NCBI GenBank assembly: GCA_008636045.1
Contig: SNRW01000050.1
Span: 1-34,614, forward strand
Source of the DNA: Streblomastix strix
Lineage: Eukaryota
Direction: 5' to 3'
DNA length: 34,614 bases
Shown here: piece by piece, positions 11,662 to 23,600 of the stretch
How positions within the stretch are numbered: the stretch's first letter is position 1
Layout of the letters: every line of letters starts with the position of its first letter
The notes under the pieces: model-generated
The model's database searches: none
Seen by the model: only the letters and a program-made list of their open reading frames with translations
What the model was told of the DNA's origin: nothing
Position numbers and translations under genes: made by a program

Positions 11662-14600
11662 TCATTGTTAAGGCTGGAATTATGCAGTGTTATACCCTGA
11701 GAAGAAGTATTGAGGTTATGTTTGTGCAAAACCTGGGAAACCAAATGGAGCAGGAATCAGTATTGGTGTTGTAGCTGATCCTTGAATACCACCGACTTGA
11801 GCTGGATATACAGTTTGTAGTTATTAGCTTAGATTTATTGGGATGCCCTGGATTGGTATTTGTTATTGAGCTAAGGATTGGTTCAATGATTATTATTGAT
11901 CTTCACCTTCTTTAGTAATCTTGGCTGATGGATCACTTACTGATCCAATTTGTGGAGATTGCTGATTAATGGATGTATTTGCTGCTATTTATCCCTATAA
12001 AGGAACTTATCCAGGAATTGGACCTGGGAATGGAACAGGATACAACATGAAATACTGCTGCTACTGACTCTGCTAGAATTACTATTACTAATTAGATGGT
12101 TGGACATTTGTTGCTGATGATTATGAACTAGTTTATTAACCTTAAGTAGTAACTGCAGATGTCTATTAAGAAGTAACTCCACTTGGAATAGCAGGAAAAG
12201 CTGCTATCTATGGATACGCCTGGAACTAAGTAGCAGTGAGTGGTGAAATCCCTGTGAACTGCGGAATAGCTGGGAAAGATGCTATTGGTTGATTTGTAGG
12301 GTATGAATATATAGCTGGATATGATGCTTATTAGATACTTGTTCCAGATGGAGCAGTAGGAAACGGAGAAATTCGTTATTATCCGTTGGAATCAACAATG
12401 ATGAATTATTATTGTGGGGTCTGGTTGATGGTATTATTGTTAGCTATATTCTATTATTATTACTACTATTATTATTACTATAATATATTATTCTGTGATT
12501 AAGCCAAAGATGGGAGTGCATCATAACTGACATACATGATCTATTGGTTTGTAGTTGATGTAGCATCAGTTATTATCGTTTATGATGTTGGTGCAGGAAT
12601 TGATGCAACTTCTTCATTAATGGCTGGGTATGAAACAACTGAAGATTATTATTATTATTATTATTGTTATTGTTGTTAATTTTGTGTTTAAGAACGCTTT
12701 CCTCCAACAAATTAGAAAGGATTGGAATTTGAAGAAGAAGAAGAAGAAGAAGAAGAAGAAGATGATGTTAAATTAGTATTTGTTGGATGTTATTATTTAT
12801 TTTATTGGTTTGCTTATAAATTTAATTGTTTCGCTCCTTTAACTGAAGATTAATTCTAAACATCCTTATTCTATACAGAAGAATTACCTTATTTCTGACC
12901 TTCATTCACTTTCTATACTTATTTTCCTTTCTAATTTTCAGGTGTCTGAACTCCAAATGAAATATCATCGTCATCATCATCTGCTTATTAGTTATTCTTG
13001 TGGACGAGTTACTTTTATGGAGTTGATTCATTCTTCTTTTATTGTTCAGTGAGTGATGGGTTTTATGGTATTTGTTTATCTTTCAATTGTGAGGATGCTT
13101 AATTCTATTCAATTTTCTTATTATCAGATTTATTATCAATATTGATATCTTTACTGTTAATGTTATTATTCAATTCTATATCTTTCTCTTTGCGCTGATT
13201 AGCATTAGAATGGAAATCAGTAGATTGCCAATTGCCTTGTGTTGACTTACTGCTGACATATGTTAGAGAAGATTAATCCATTAATGGTCTTGCTGATCTT
13301 TTAGGTTTGGAATTTAATGGTAAAGATTATGATTGTTATTATGTATTAGAAGATTATTATTATGAATTTGTTGATGGTGATATTTATTGTTATTATAATT
13401 ACAATAACGGTTACTAATTAACTCTATCTTTCTAATTAGGTGTATAAGTTGTGAAATTCTGATTCACTTTTGCATCATTCTTCAAATATGGCTTATTTTC
13501 TTTCCTTTCAACAACTGTATTTTCTTATTATTTATCATTATTCAATTCTTTGCTTTTCAAACTGCTATTAGTTCCCTGGATCATTCCATTATCGACATAA
13601 TTAGAAGACCAATTAATATCAGATGCAAACTGGCTAATTTATTATTATGGAGAATCAAATGAAGGAGGAAGAAATTCATCATTTGCTGATTAATCAGGTT
13701 GTGATTAAGTTTAGTGTGTATTTGTATTAGAAGATTAAGATGAAGATTATTAAGATTAAGTTGCTTATTTTGATGTTGGTGTTGTTATTTATGTTTGTGT
13801 TTAATTAGATGTTGCTGGTTAAGTTATATTATTAGTTGTACTTTCATGTTTGGGTATATATGTATTACTTATAATATTCTATTTAGCAGATGATTATGCA
13901 TTTGTCTTGGGTTAATATACATTACTATTAGCAGCGGTTTTGGGTGTAAACTACTTAGGCACATAATTTGATGTGATTTGTGCATCTTTGGTATCTTTAC
14001 CCCTTCCGCTGTAGCTGAATCTGACTGAATCATTCACATCTAATCCTCTTATTCTTTCTCTGTTCAATATTCTGTCATTAATTGATTGGATTTATTATTG
14101 TTGTTATTATTATTGTGGTTGTATTATATTAGATTTAGGTTTAGCTTAGTAAACGAATGGAGATTTGAATGGTGTGTTTAGATTAGAATTATTAATATTG
14201 TTATTAGTGTTGAAGTTGTTTATATTTCTATTAAAATTCTATCCTGGTTAAAATGCATTTATTTGTCGTGGTGTGATTGTTGACTGTTAATTACCAGGTA
14301 TATATGTATGTAATTATTATTATTATAATAACTATATACTACGTGGTGTCTACATAATCGAATCAGTGCGACGCGCTGTATAATGAAAATCATCTACAAC
14401 TACTTATTGTCTTTATAATGGTTAATTAGATATTGGAAATCTTCTATTAAATTGTTGCTATTAAATTGAGAGTGCAGAATTAGTTGGAAATTGTTTATTG
14501 AAAGATGAATATTATTGTGAATAAGTAGAAGGAGGAAGAATTGGTGCTTTTGATGGAGAAAATACAGATTATTATTATTGTTATTATTGTTATTATTGTT

Positions 14601-15357
14601 GTAATCTTTCCTTATATTCTCCTTTAGGTGTGAATGAAAAAGTTGAATTTGCAGGAAAAACTTTTTCTTTTGGGATTTAATCTTTTTTCACTTCTTTTTC
14701 ATCCTAAATCCTCTTTTCCTCTTATTCTTTCTTTATTTTCATTCTTTCTTGTCTGTATTCATTGCTTGGATTGTATGCAAAGCTTGAATTATTCTTGTCA
14801 ATTGAATCTTATTGTATATTTTCTCCTTCAATTTCTTTAGAATCTTTTTTAATTTGTTTTTCTTTCTTTTCATCTTCATCTGAGCTTTCATCATTTCCTT
14901 TTTCATCTCCAGATGTTGATTTGTCTTTATTATTCTTCTTTTTCTTGTTCTTCTTTTTTTTGCCTTAATCTTTTCCTTGGTCGGTGTGAATCTGTAAATG
15001 TAGGGAAAGGAGATAACAAAATTGTGTTATGAATTATTTAATAGACAAACATGTTTTGTTTACATTACACTGAAGCTGAGAGCTCCAGAAGCTTCCGCTA
15101 GATTAAAAATTGAAAAAAAAAATATTAAAAAAGTCTATAAAAATTAAAAACTTGTACATACCTTCGCGAAGGTAATTAACAGCATCAATTGTGCTTCCAT
15201 TAAAACGATAAAGCGCGTTGAAAATGTCTTAGTTGTCAATATCTCGACCTTCAAGCTCATCGCGAACCTCGTGGAGTTAATGTTTGTATTTTACCTCGCG
15301 CTCAACCTTCTGCCTGTCTAGATCTTCGTTGATCTGTTTCTAAAATTAATTTAGCAT
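11662..15357 (-). CDS. About 1180-aa protein with an N-terminal UBA/CUE-like helical bundle and a very long Q/S/N/P-rich disordered region
   Basis: Exons 15357-15162, 15097-15069 and 14991-11662 are phase-consistent. YKHQLHEVRDELEGRDIDNQDIFNALYRFNGSTIDAVNYLRE resembles UBA/CUE. A K/E/D-rich linker is followed by TAA-encoded poly-Q and a P/Y/F/G-rich end (PAPFGFPGFAQTQPQYFFSGYNTAQFQPQQ-TGA). An alternative start at 15502 via an extra phase-compatible exon is possible. Confidence 0.8.
12731..12761. repeat. (GAA)n microsatellite encoding poly-Ser on the minus strand
   Basis: About ten tandem GAA units inside the large exon of the 11662-15357 gene. Confidence 0.9.
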
Positions 15358-15682
15358 GAGTTGTTGCTGAGATTTGACTGGAAGTAAAAAAGTAAAATTA
15401 AAGAATAAAATTCACGAAATAATTTGAGTTTTATCATAAAAAATAACTTATAAATGTCTCCCGAAATGAGAAGGTGATTATAGATCTTAATTTATATCTC
15501 ATTTCAAACTAATAATCAATTTATAAAACATATTATATTGATATGAATTTTTATGGATGTATTTGAGCGAAAAAACCAGAGAAGCTTTGAAATCTTAAGT
15601 TTCGTTCGTGTTTGGTAATGTTATTATTAATTGAATAATAAATGCATAACAATAGTAAATTTGAGCTAAATTTAACCTTATG

Positions 15683-15800
15683 TAACAGGAGATGTGCGAT
15701 AGGATGAGATTAAATCGCGATCCAATGTTAAAAGATTGTTCCAACAACTTCAAGTAACGATGCATTCGCGCAATATTCAAGTTGGCTGTGCCATATGTAA
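15683..15800. ncRNA. Candidate structured RNA (two hairpins, H/ACA-like layout)
   Basis: Locally GC-enriched non-coding patch. Hairpin 1: taaca/tgtta, gga/tcc, gcgat/atcgc (15683-15730). Then AAAAGA (fits ANANNA), then hairpin 2 caactt/aagttg with tgc/gca (15745-15784). Folded by eye only. Confidence 0.25.
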
Positions 15801-15870
15801 AAAATGAATTGTTAATTTTGTATTTTATGAGTTACAACATTTAAAACATGATGTGAGTTGACTTAACCAA

Positions 15871-18800
15871 TCAGCAAAGATTCTTCTTCACCCAATCGTC
15901 GATAGCTTGCATCTCTATCTCTTCTTCCTTACTCGGCAGAAGTCCATATATTACATCTTGTATGAATTGAATCTCGTCCTAATATATATGCAAAATAAAG
16001 ATAAAATATAATTATTCATTAATTTCGTTACAAATTATATCATTTTCAATAATTTATTCATATTCACTAAATATTCACTATAATATACACATTAATATAT
16101 ATACTCTCCTAAACCTTCAAATGCTCAGCAATCACAAACGGATCATCAGTATCATAAGTGATGATAGTCGGAGCAAATATCATAGATAGATTAGATACGC
16201 TCATCAAATTTCCTTTCTTTTCCTTCTTCTAAGCAGTTGTATTTGTAGATGATGATGATGATGATGATGATGATGCCTAAGCTTGCGTATTCTATTATAT
16301 ATTCATCTACTGTACAATTGAACCATCGATCTACTCGCTCTCATCTACTTCAGCAATGCTCCTCAAGAACCTGGCTAAATACAACAAGACTTGGAAGTTG
16401 TACTTCGGAAGTTGCGTCCTCACAAAGTTAGGCACAAATATTGGAGATTTGGTTATTGATGCATCTGCAAGGCTGAAGGATTGTCTAGTTTACATTACAG
16501 ATGTTGGAGAGGTTGGAATACCAGCAACTGAAGCTAGTGTATTCAATCTGTACAACTACTGTTATTATGGACCTTATTATGATGATGGACCTTATTATGA
16601 TTATGGACCTTATTATGATTATGATGATTATTATTAAGAAGAAAAAGAAGCATTCGGATCCAAAGCAGTTGTCTATTGTGTATCAATCTGCATTCCTGAT
16701 GGACCACTTTATGCTGGTAGTGTTGTTGTAGTAGTTGGAATGAAGAACTGTGACTTAAAAGTACCAAAAACAGGTTTCTGTATATTTCCATCCTGAGTAT
16801 GTTGCATCTCTTTGCTGCCGTTTATGTTGATTTGGGGACCTCCTCTCTCGTTCTTCATTGCATCGATGGCTTTGTCATACAGAGATCTAATATATTATAG
16901 ATATATAATATATAACATATATAATATATATAAGTGTATTATAATATAATTAATATAAATATTATCTAATAATATATCTAATTTATTATAATCTTTCTCT
17001 AATCAATATACACAAACCTCGGAACCAACAATTCGCTCATCCTTTTGACCCAATTCTTTAATAGAGCAGCATAATGATGGGGATCCGTCTAATCTTTGAA
17101 GTATTAATCAGTATATATAGATAGGAAATATTTATAGTACAGTTAGAGTGGTGTTAATTATTATTATGAAGAAGATGATTATTATTATTATTATTAGTCA
17201 TTTGTATTGTTTGTATCTGATTGTATATTTGTATTTGTCTATTATTTATCTGGGTATCCATTGAGTCTTCTTATTGTGCTTTCAATGTCTTCTTAACTGC
17301 GGCATAGTCTGAATATTCCTTGGGTATGCTCACCATCTATTAATGGATAGATAAATATAGATAGATAGATATATAAATAATAAGTTAATTATATATAAAT
17401 AATGGATAAATAAGAATATATATGCATTAATTAATAGAAATAATATATAATAAGAATAATATTTCTTATATTTCAAACCAGTTTACCAAATCTTCTGCAC
17501 AATAAAAGGAAGGACAAGTGGGATCTTCAGATTTTATATGAATTTGAAGTCTTGTGCAGATGGAAATGTTTATTATGATGAAGAAGATGAAGATGAAGAT
17601 GAAGAAGATGAAGTAGATGTTTATTTTGGATTATGAATAAGAGCTCCTGATTATCGAAGCATAATTTCTTCAAGTTTTGTGTCAAAAACAATAACAGATG
17701 CCTGAATATTAATAATGAATATAGTAAATAACATATATTATATATAATATAAATAATAAATATATAATTTATATATATCATTCACCTACAACACTAATCA
17801 TATATCCTAAACATATGCACACCTTCAAATGCCTCGACTGCATGCATCTAATTCTATGAGCAGGCATTCTGCATTCCTTCTTTTCATATTCTTCACCCTT
17901 TTCATTCAGAATCGGTTCGTTCTTTGCAAGTTACTTCATAAGAGCAGGATTCTTAGTTTTGAACTTCTTGATCTCTTCAACTGTTGCAGGATCAAAGTAC
18001 GCATTGTGCATGCCGCCGAACTGCAAGGTGTGGATTATCTGGTGTATGGCATATTTAGCATAGATTACCACACTTCTCTGGAATTATTATGGAAGATGGG
18101 AGTAGTTACTGGATTATAGTGCTGATGATGTTATTTGAACTTATTATTGAGAAGTAGATGATGAAGTAGATGATGAAGATGATGTTGTTTACCTGGGTGA
18201 TATTTTTTGATCATCTTATTATTATTATTATTAATCTTATTACTTCTCTTATTATTATTAATCTTATTACTTATCTTATTATTATTATTAATCTTATTAC
18301 TTCTCTTATTATTATTAATCTTTCTTGCTATCATCAGTTTAATCCTATTTCTGCACAGTCTATGTAATAACAGATTTCTCCTTCAAATCACCATCTAAAA
18401 TCAGCTCAACTCTAAGACCTTCCAGAATATGATACAGAAGCAGCTACTCATAATGTGGAGTCACAGGAAGAAATGCTTCTAAACATAAGATCAATAACTG
18501 CCAACCTCTTTCAACACAAATTCCCTCACATATTCTGTCTTCATTTTATCTGTTGTCAGTTTTCTTCTTTATTCTGGATTGTCTGATTATTTATGCAAAT
18601 ATCTCATCTCTTAGATTCTTGTTCTGGATCCCGAGAGCTACAATTCTATTAGCGGATTATGTCATCATCTTTTCTGAACTGATCTCGTCTTCTATCAACC
18701 AGAAGATTCTCTCTTTGTTTATGAGAGCATCTTGTTCAATTATGACTCCATTCTGCTTTATATTGATCTCCCTATCATATTCTTTCTATACTTTATCCTA

Positions 18801-19558
18801 CAGTTCATTCTCAAGATCTTTCTAGCTCTTCAATTTATTACTTTCATCCTGTTATACAGTATCCTTATTAAGTATTACTCCTTAATATGTCAGTATGGAT
18901 GTATACAGATCAGTGATATACTTCATATCATTGAATGATACATCTCTCGACAATGGAGAAAGCAGTGTGAATGAACTCGTAAAAGTCTTCTCAATGGCTC
19001 TGCCAAAAGATCCCTATGTCAGATCCCTTCTTCTTTCCATATATAAGACACGTTCTAAGGGAATTGTCTTCTTACTCAGGAAAACTTTCCTCTCTTGCGC
19101 ATTCAGATGAGCCAAACTGAAATTATCACAGCTGAATAACTCCTTTTCTTTCTCGCCAGCATCTATATACAACTCAAGCTCTTCTGGGACTACAGCAATA
19201 GCGCCCCTCATATTAGACGCCATCATCTTAAGCCTTTCAAATAGAGTCTTCTGTGTCTAACATGCGATTAGTTTCAGTATCTTCTGGGCAGATTATTTCT
19301 TGTTCTCTTCATCTGAACGGGGGGTTTTAGTCCTGGATGAGGTGTCTTTCTCTTTCTTCTTTGACGAGCCGTTCATTACCGGGCGCTCCCAGGTCGTTTC
19401 TTTGGTCACTTTGTTGAAATCTTTGGTTGGGATTAAATATTATAATAATAATAATAAATTTATGGTTAAATTGATAAAAAAATAAAAATTATACAGTAAG
19501 TACGTTTAGACTTTGGATCGACAGCTTCTCTCCAGTTATGTTAAAGTCTATCAGTCAT
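15871..19558 (-). CDS. ARHGAP39: WW-MyTH4-RhoGAP protein (ARHGAP39/Vilse-like), 6 exons
   Basis: WW: NWREAVDPKSKRTYYFNKVTKETTWERP. MyTH4: LRDEIFAQIIRQ and RGWQLLILCLEAFLP. RhoGAP: IPLVLPFIV, arginine finger QGIFRL, DPHHYAALLKNW, LPKYNFQVLLYLARFL and NLMSVSNLSMIFAPTII. TGA at 15873-15871. Confidence 0.9.
16248..16275. repeat. (GAT)n microsatellite encoding poly-Ser inside the RhoGAP domain
   Basis: About nine tandem GAT units, read as TCA codons on the minus strand. Confidence 0.9.
16562..16620. repeat. 18-bp coding minisatellite, 3 copies (SQQGP[S/Q])
   Basis: atggaccttattatga recurs three times at 18-nt spacing. Confidence 0.85.
18211..18322. repeat. Coding tandem repeat of about 27-33 bp (QQQQ[E/D]KQQD)
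   Basis: ttattattattaatcttattactt repeats three to four times within the MyTH4-encoding exon. Confidence 0.8.
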
Positions 19559-20643
19559 GATGTTAGGAGATCTGAAAATAAATAAATACAAAAATAATAA
19601 AATTATGTAATGTTTTTCTTAAATATTAAGAAAATAAACAAGAAATATACTAAATTCATGTCGTTTAGTGGTAAAAATAATAGATTAAGAAAAATAATTG
19701 ATAAAATTTTGTATATAAATAATAATTATTATTTGGATAAGCAGAAAAGTTTTAAATTTGCTACATTTTTTAATAATCACACGCACAAGATAAATTAAGT
19801 AGTATTAATCATGAAAATAAAATTCTAAATTGATTTATAAATAATATAAATAAATGAATAATATTATAAACCAGTAAATGAAGAAAAAACGAAAAGGAAA
19901 TTATTTTAATTTTAAACTGTTTTTAACGGTTGTATTCGACAGTAATATTGATATAATATAAAAAATTGATTGTATAAATTAGATATGTAATATATGGACA
20001 TGAAATAAAGATTAAATACTCTTTTTATTCAGTGCAATTCTGTTTTCAGCTTAATTATATTTTGTCGATTGTATCTGCTGTGAAATAGCTTTGAAATATT
20101 AGTTAGCACTTAAATAAAACGTGAATGCACAAAAATTCAACGAAAGTTAGCTAATGAACTCTAATTACTCCAGGGATCATACAGAAATGTGAAATGAAAA
20201 CTTTGCCTTATATTTCTAAAATAATTTTTTTCTGCAAGTGTTCAATCTATATATTTATTTATAAATAAATATATTTAATTAAAAGCATAAATGCTTTTTT
20301 TAACTCTAAAATGTTAATTTGTTTATTACCATTTTTTTTATTGATTTATAAATAAAGTTATATTTAATTTGCGATCAATCGCATATTTGCTTAATTTTTA
20401 TTATAATGTTGATATTAAAATGGATGTATACTAAGATTATTTAAATTTTGAATATTATTATTAATTTGATATAAAGACTATTGAAATGCTAGTAAATATA
20501 AAAGTTTAGAAATGAATAATTTTAATTAAAAATTCATTTTAATTTATCTATTATTCCAATCATGCTTTTGAAATAATTCAAGATATGTGTTTTAATCTTT
20601 TATTCCTTTTACATATTCTTTATACACTTACTTATATCCATCT

Positions 20644-23600
20644 TCACCAATTTTTCTTATTCTTTTTCTTATTCTTTTTTTCATATTAATGAATGGAAGA
20701 TTAAATCTTAGGAGAATTTGAAGCTGAATTGTCTGGCTGAGTTTGATTTGGAGAATTTGGCAAACTGTTTTGTTGAATTAATGAATTAGCTTATGCTTTC
20801 GAATTTATATTAGTAATAAAACTACTACTACTCATTTACAGTTGATGCTACAGAACTTGCACATTCGAAGGATCTGTTTGAATTGGCATCTTTTTAGGCT
20901 GATATGAAAACAAATGTTCCTATTTTTTGAGAGGATCACTGATAGAAGTTGAATCTTTGGTGAAAGGGAAACTTGAATGACCAGGTTTTTCAGATGAAAT
21001 TCTTTCTTATTCTTTATCTTATTCTTCACTTTATTCTTAATCTTACATTTCTTCCAATTATTTAACAGTTTCTTTCTCATTCTCATTATTATTCTTACAA
21101 TTATTCTTATAGTTTTCTTTTGTTTCTTTTTATTCATCATAATCATCATCTGATTCTTGCGTGGTTTCTATATTTATATAATATTATATTAATTGTTAAA
21201 GAAAATGAAAAATTTATAATAATGGATTAGATTATACTAAGATATATAAAAAATTAATTATAAAATTGAAAAAATTAATTATTAAATATATATTTATTTC
21301 ACTTACAATTCATACTTTAGTTCTAATTAATGGATGAAATAATAGGTTTAAACAATTCCATTAATCTATTTTATTTTGTTTATTAATCTGGTTTCTGCAT
21401 AGGTGATTATTACTTTATCTAATTTTCAATCTCTTTTGTAATTATTTATTATTATTCATTTAATTATTATATTCCTTCTTGATTTTGATTTTGATTTTCA
21501 CTCTCAATATTTAAAATCTCATTATTTTCATTTCTTATCCAAGATTGCTTTTCTTACCCAATAAACTCTTACTTATCCTTAAATTAATCTGTATCAATAA
21601 ATAATGGTTATTTCGCATCTTTCTTTATTTGCTTATTATTTTGAGGTATGTCCCAAAGATTTTTAGGAGCTTAACTCATAATTTATCTCTCAAATTCCCT
21701 ATATTCTTCTTCGTTCATATCTTTTTATGTCTCAATTTCAGATGGGTTTGTACTGAAATCAATCACTTTGGTTAATTTCTGAGGTTGGAGAAGTTATGGC
21801 TGAAAATATAACATAGGATAAAAAATAAAAAATTCAATATTTGAAAAATAATTTTTTTTCTATATTTCAAAAAATTAATAATAACATTTTCATACCAATT
21901 ATTCATTCTTTTCTTATGGTAATTATACGATCAATGGAGGAATATGTAACATTCTACAAGCATAAAGGATATTATTTCTCAACAAATCATCATCCTGAAG
22001 CATTTCAATTTGCTGTTAGACTCTTAAATTAAGGAGAATTGCTGTGATTTTATCAGCATTTTATTTATCAATAGTTGATACTTTTTTATACAGCTAAAAT
22101 TATATCTAATCTTATTATTATTATTATTATTCAACAGGAAGAGAAATATCATGTTGTAAATCAATTATTGAAGGAAATTGCATTGGCAATACTTATTAAA
22201 TAATTGGAATATTACCCTATAATATTAATGGTTAATGAGAAATATTTGGAAATGTAGAAGTTGTCTATTATAAATTTTATAATGGTTGAATTGACTGCAA
22301 TGGGATTGGAAGATTTGTAATTGGTTAATATACTTAGAATGGTTAATTAATGTTATTTGGATAATTGATAAACTAAATTTTATTTTTTAATATTTGTTAT
22401 TGCTAATTTCTAACTTATTATAATTCTTCGTTTTCTTTGGAGTAATTAATTTAAAGTTACTATAATTCTTTATTTAATGATTGAATTTGAGTGAGTTCTG
22501 AAGAATGTTATTCATTGAATTGCTTAATACAAAGTTCCTATGAAAAGCAATATAATATTTTAAGAATAAAAATAATAAAAAATGTATTTTTTTTTTATTA
22601 ATATAAAAATATTCAATTATATAATTATTAACATACTTGCAGAGTATTTATTGCAGTGTTAAGAGCATATATTTATACTTCTTTCTTTACTTATTCTGCA
22701 ATTGTAACTTCATATTTTTATAATATTTCACCAAAGCGAATCTAAATATAAAAAATAAATAATTTATTTATTAATTAATTAATTAATAAAAAAAGGATTA
22801 TTTATAAGAATTCAAACATTATAATAATACTCTGCCCACTTCTGAAGTATATCTTTTGGTATGGGTTGCTATATGCGTAAGAATAAGTATAATATTAAAA
22901 TAATGATGAATTTATAATATTATAAAATTATGAAAAATAAATTATATATATAATTTAGAATAGAAAATATATAATTACTTTCATTATATAAATTTTAAAT
23001 AAACCTCCAAAACTTATTTTCTTTATTATTATAAATTATATTCAATATTTTCTTTTTGTTATTAAAGTGCTTTCTTTTTCAAATCTAATTATTATAAATT
23101 ATTAATTTTCTATTATTATTTCTGATTCAGATAATTTAATTGTTATTATTGCTATTGCATTTATAATTATTATTATTACAAGAATTGAAGAATTGAAGGT
23201 TAAATTTATAAAGATTAAGATGACTGTTATTTCTTTTTGGATAATGGAAACGGACGATTTTTTTATCTATTCCTTTATTGTCGTTGAACTGGTTATATCA
23301 CATTCTAATTGATAAATTGTTATTGAATATGTGAATGATTAAATTTACGACGGTTTATAATCTTTTTTTTGACTTATTTAGCTGTAATATTCCCTGGAGA
23401 AATGATACCAGTTGCAGTTTACAATTACAGCAAAGCTTCAACTTCTTCATATCCTCCTAATTCTTCAATTTATTCATATTCACTTTTAATCAGCATTTGT
23501 GATTAATTAAATTATTGATATTATAATTAAAAAAAGTCAATTCCATTTCCAATATTGTTCAATCCATGATTAATTATATTATCATCTTCAATTTCATTTC

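Noticed and set aside
16249..16731. Poly-Met and YYDYGP-repeat ORFs on the + strand
   Set aside because: Antisense readings of the poly-Ser and SQQGP repeats in the RhoGAP gene.
18170..18398. Poly-Leu/Ile apparent membrane peptides
   Set aside because: Antisense of TAA-encoded poly-Gln repeats.
20030..20215. Slightly GC-richer intergenic patch as snRNA or tRNA
   Set aside because: No U2/U5/U6 core motif or cloverleaf could be found by eye; the pairing is weak.
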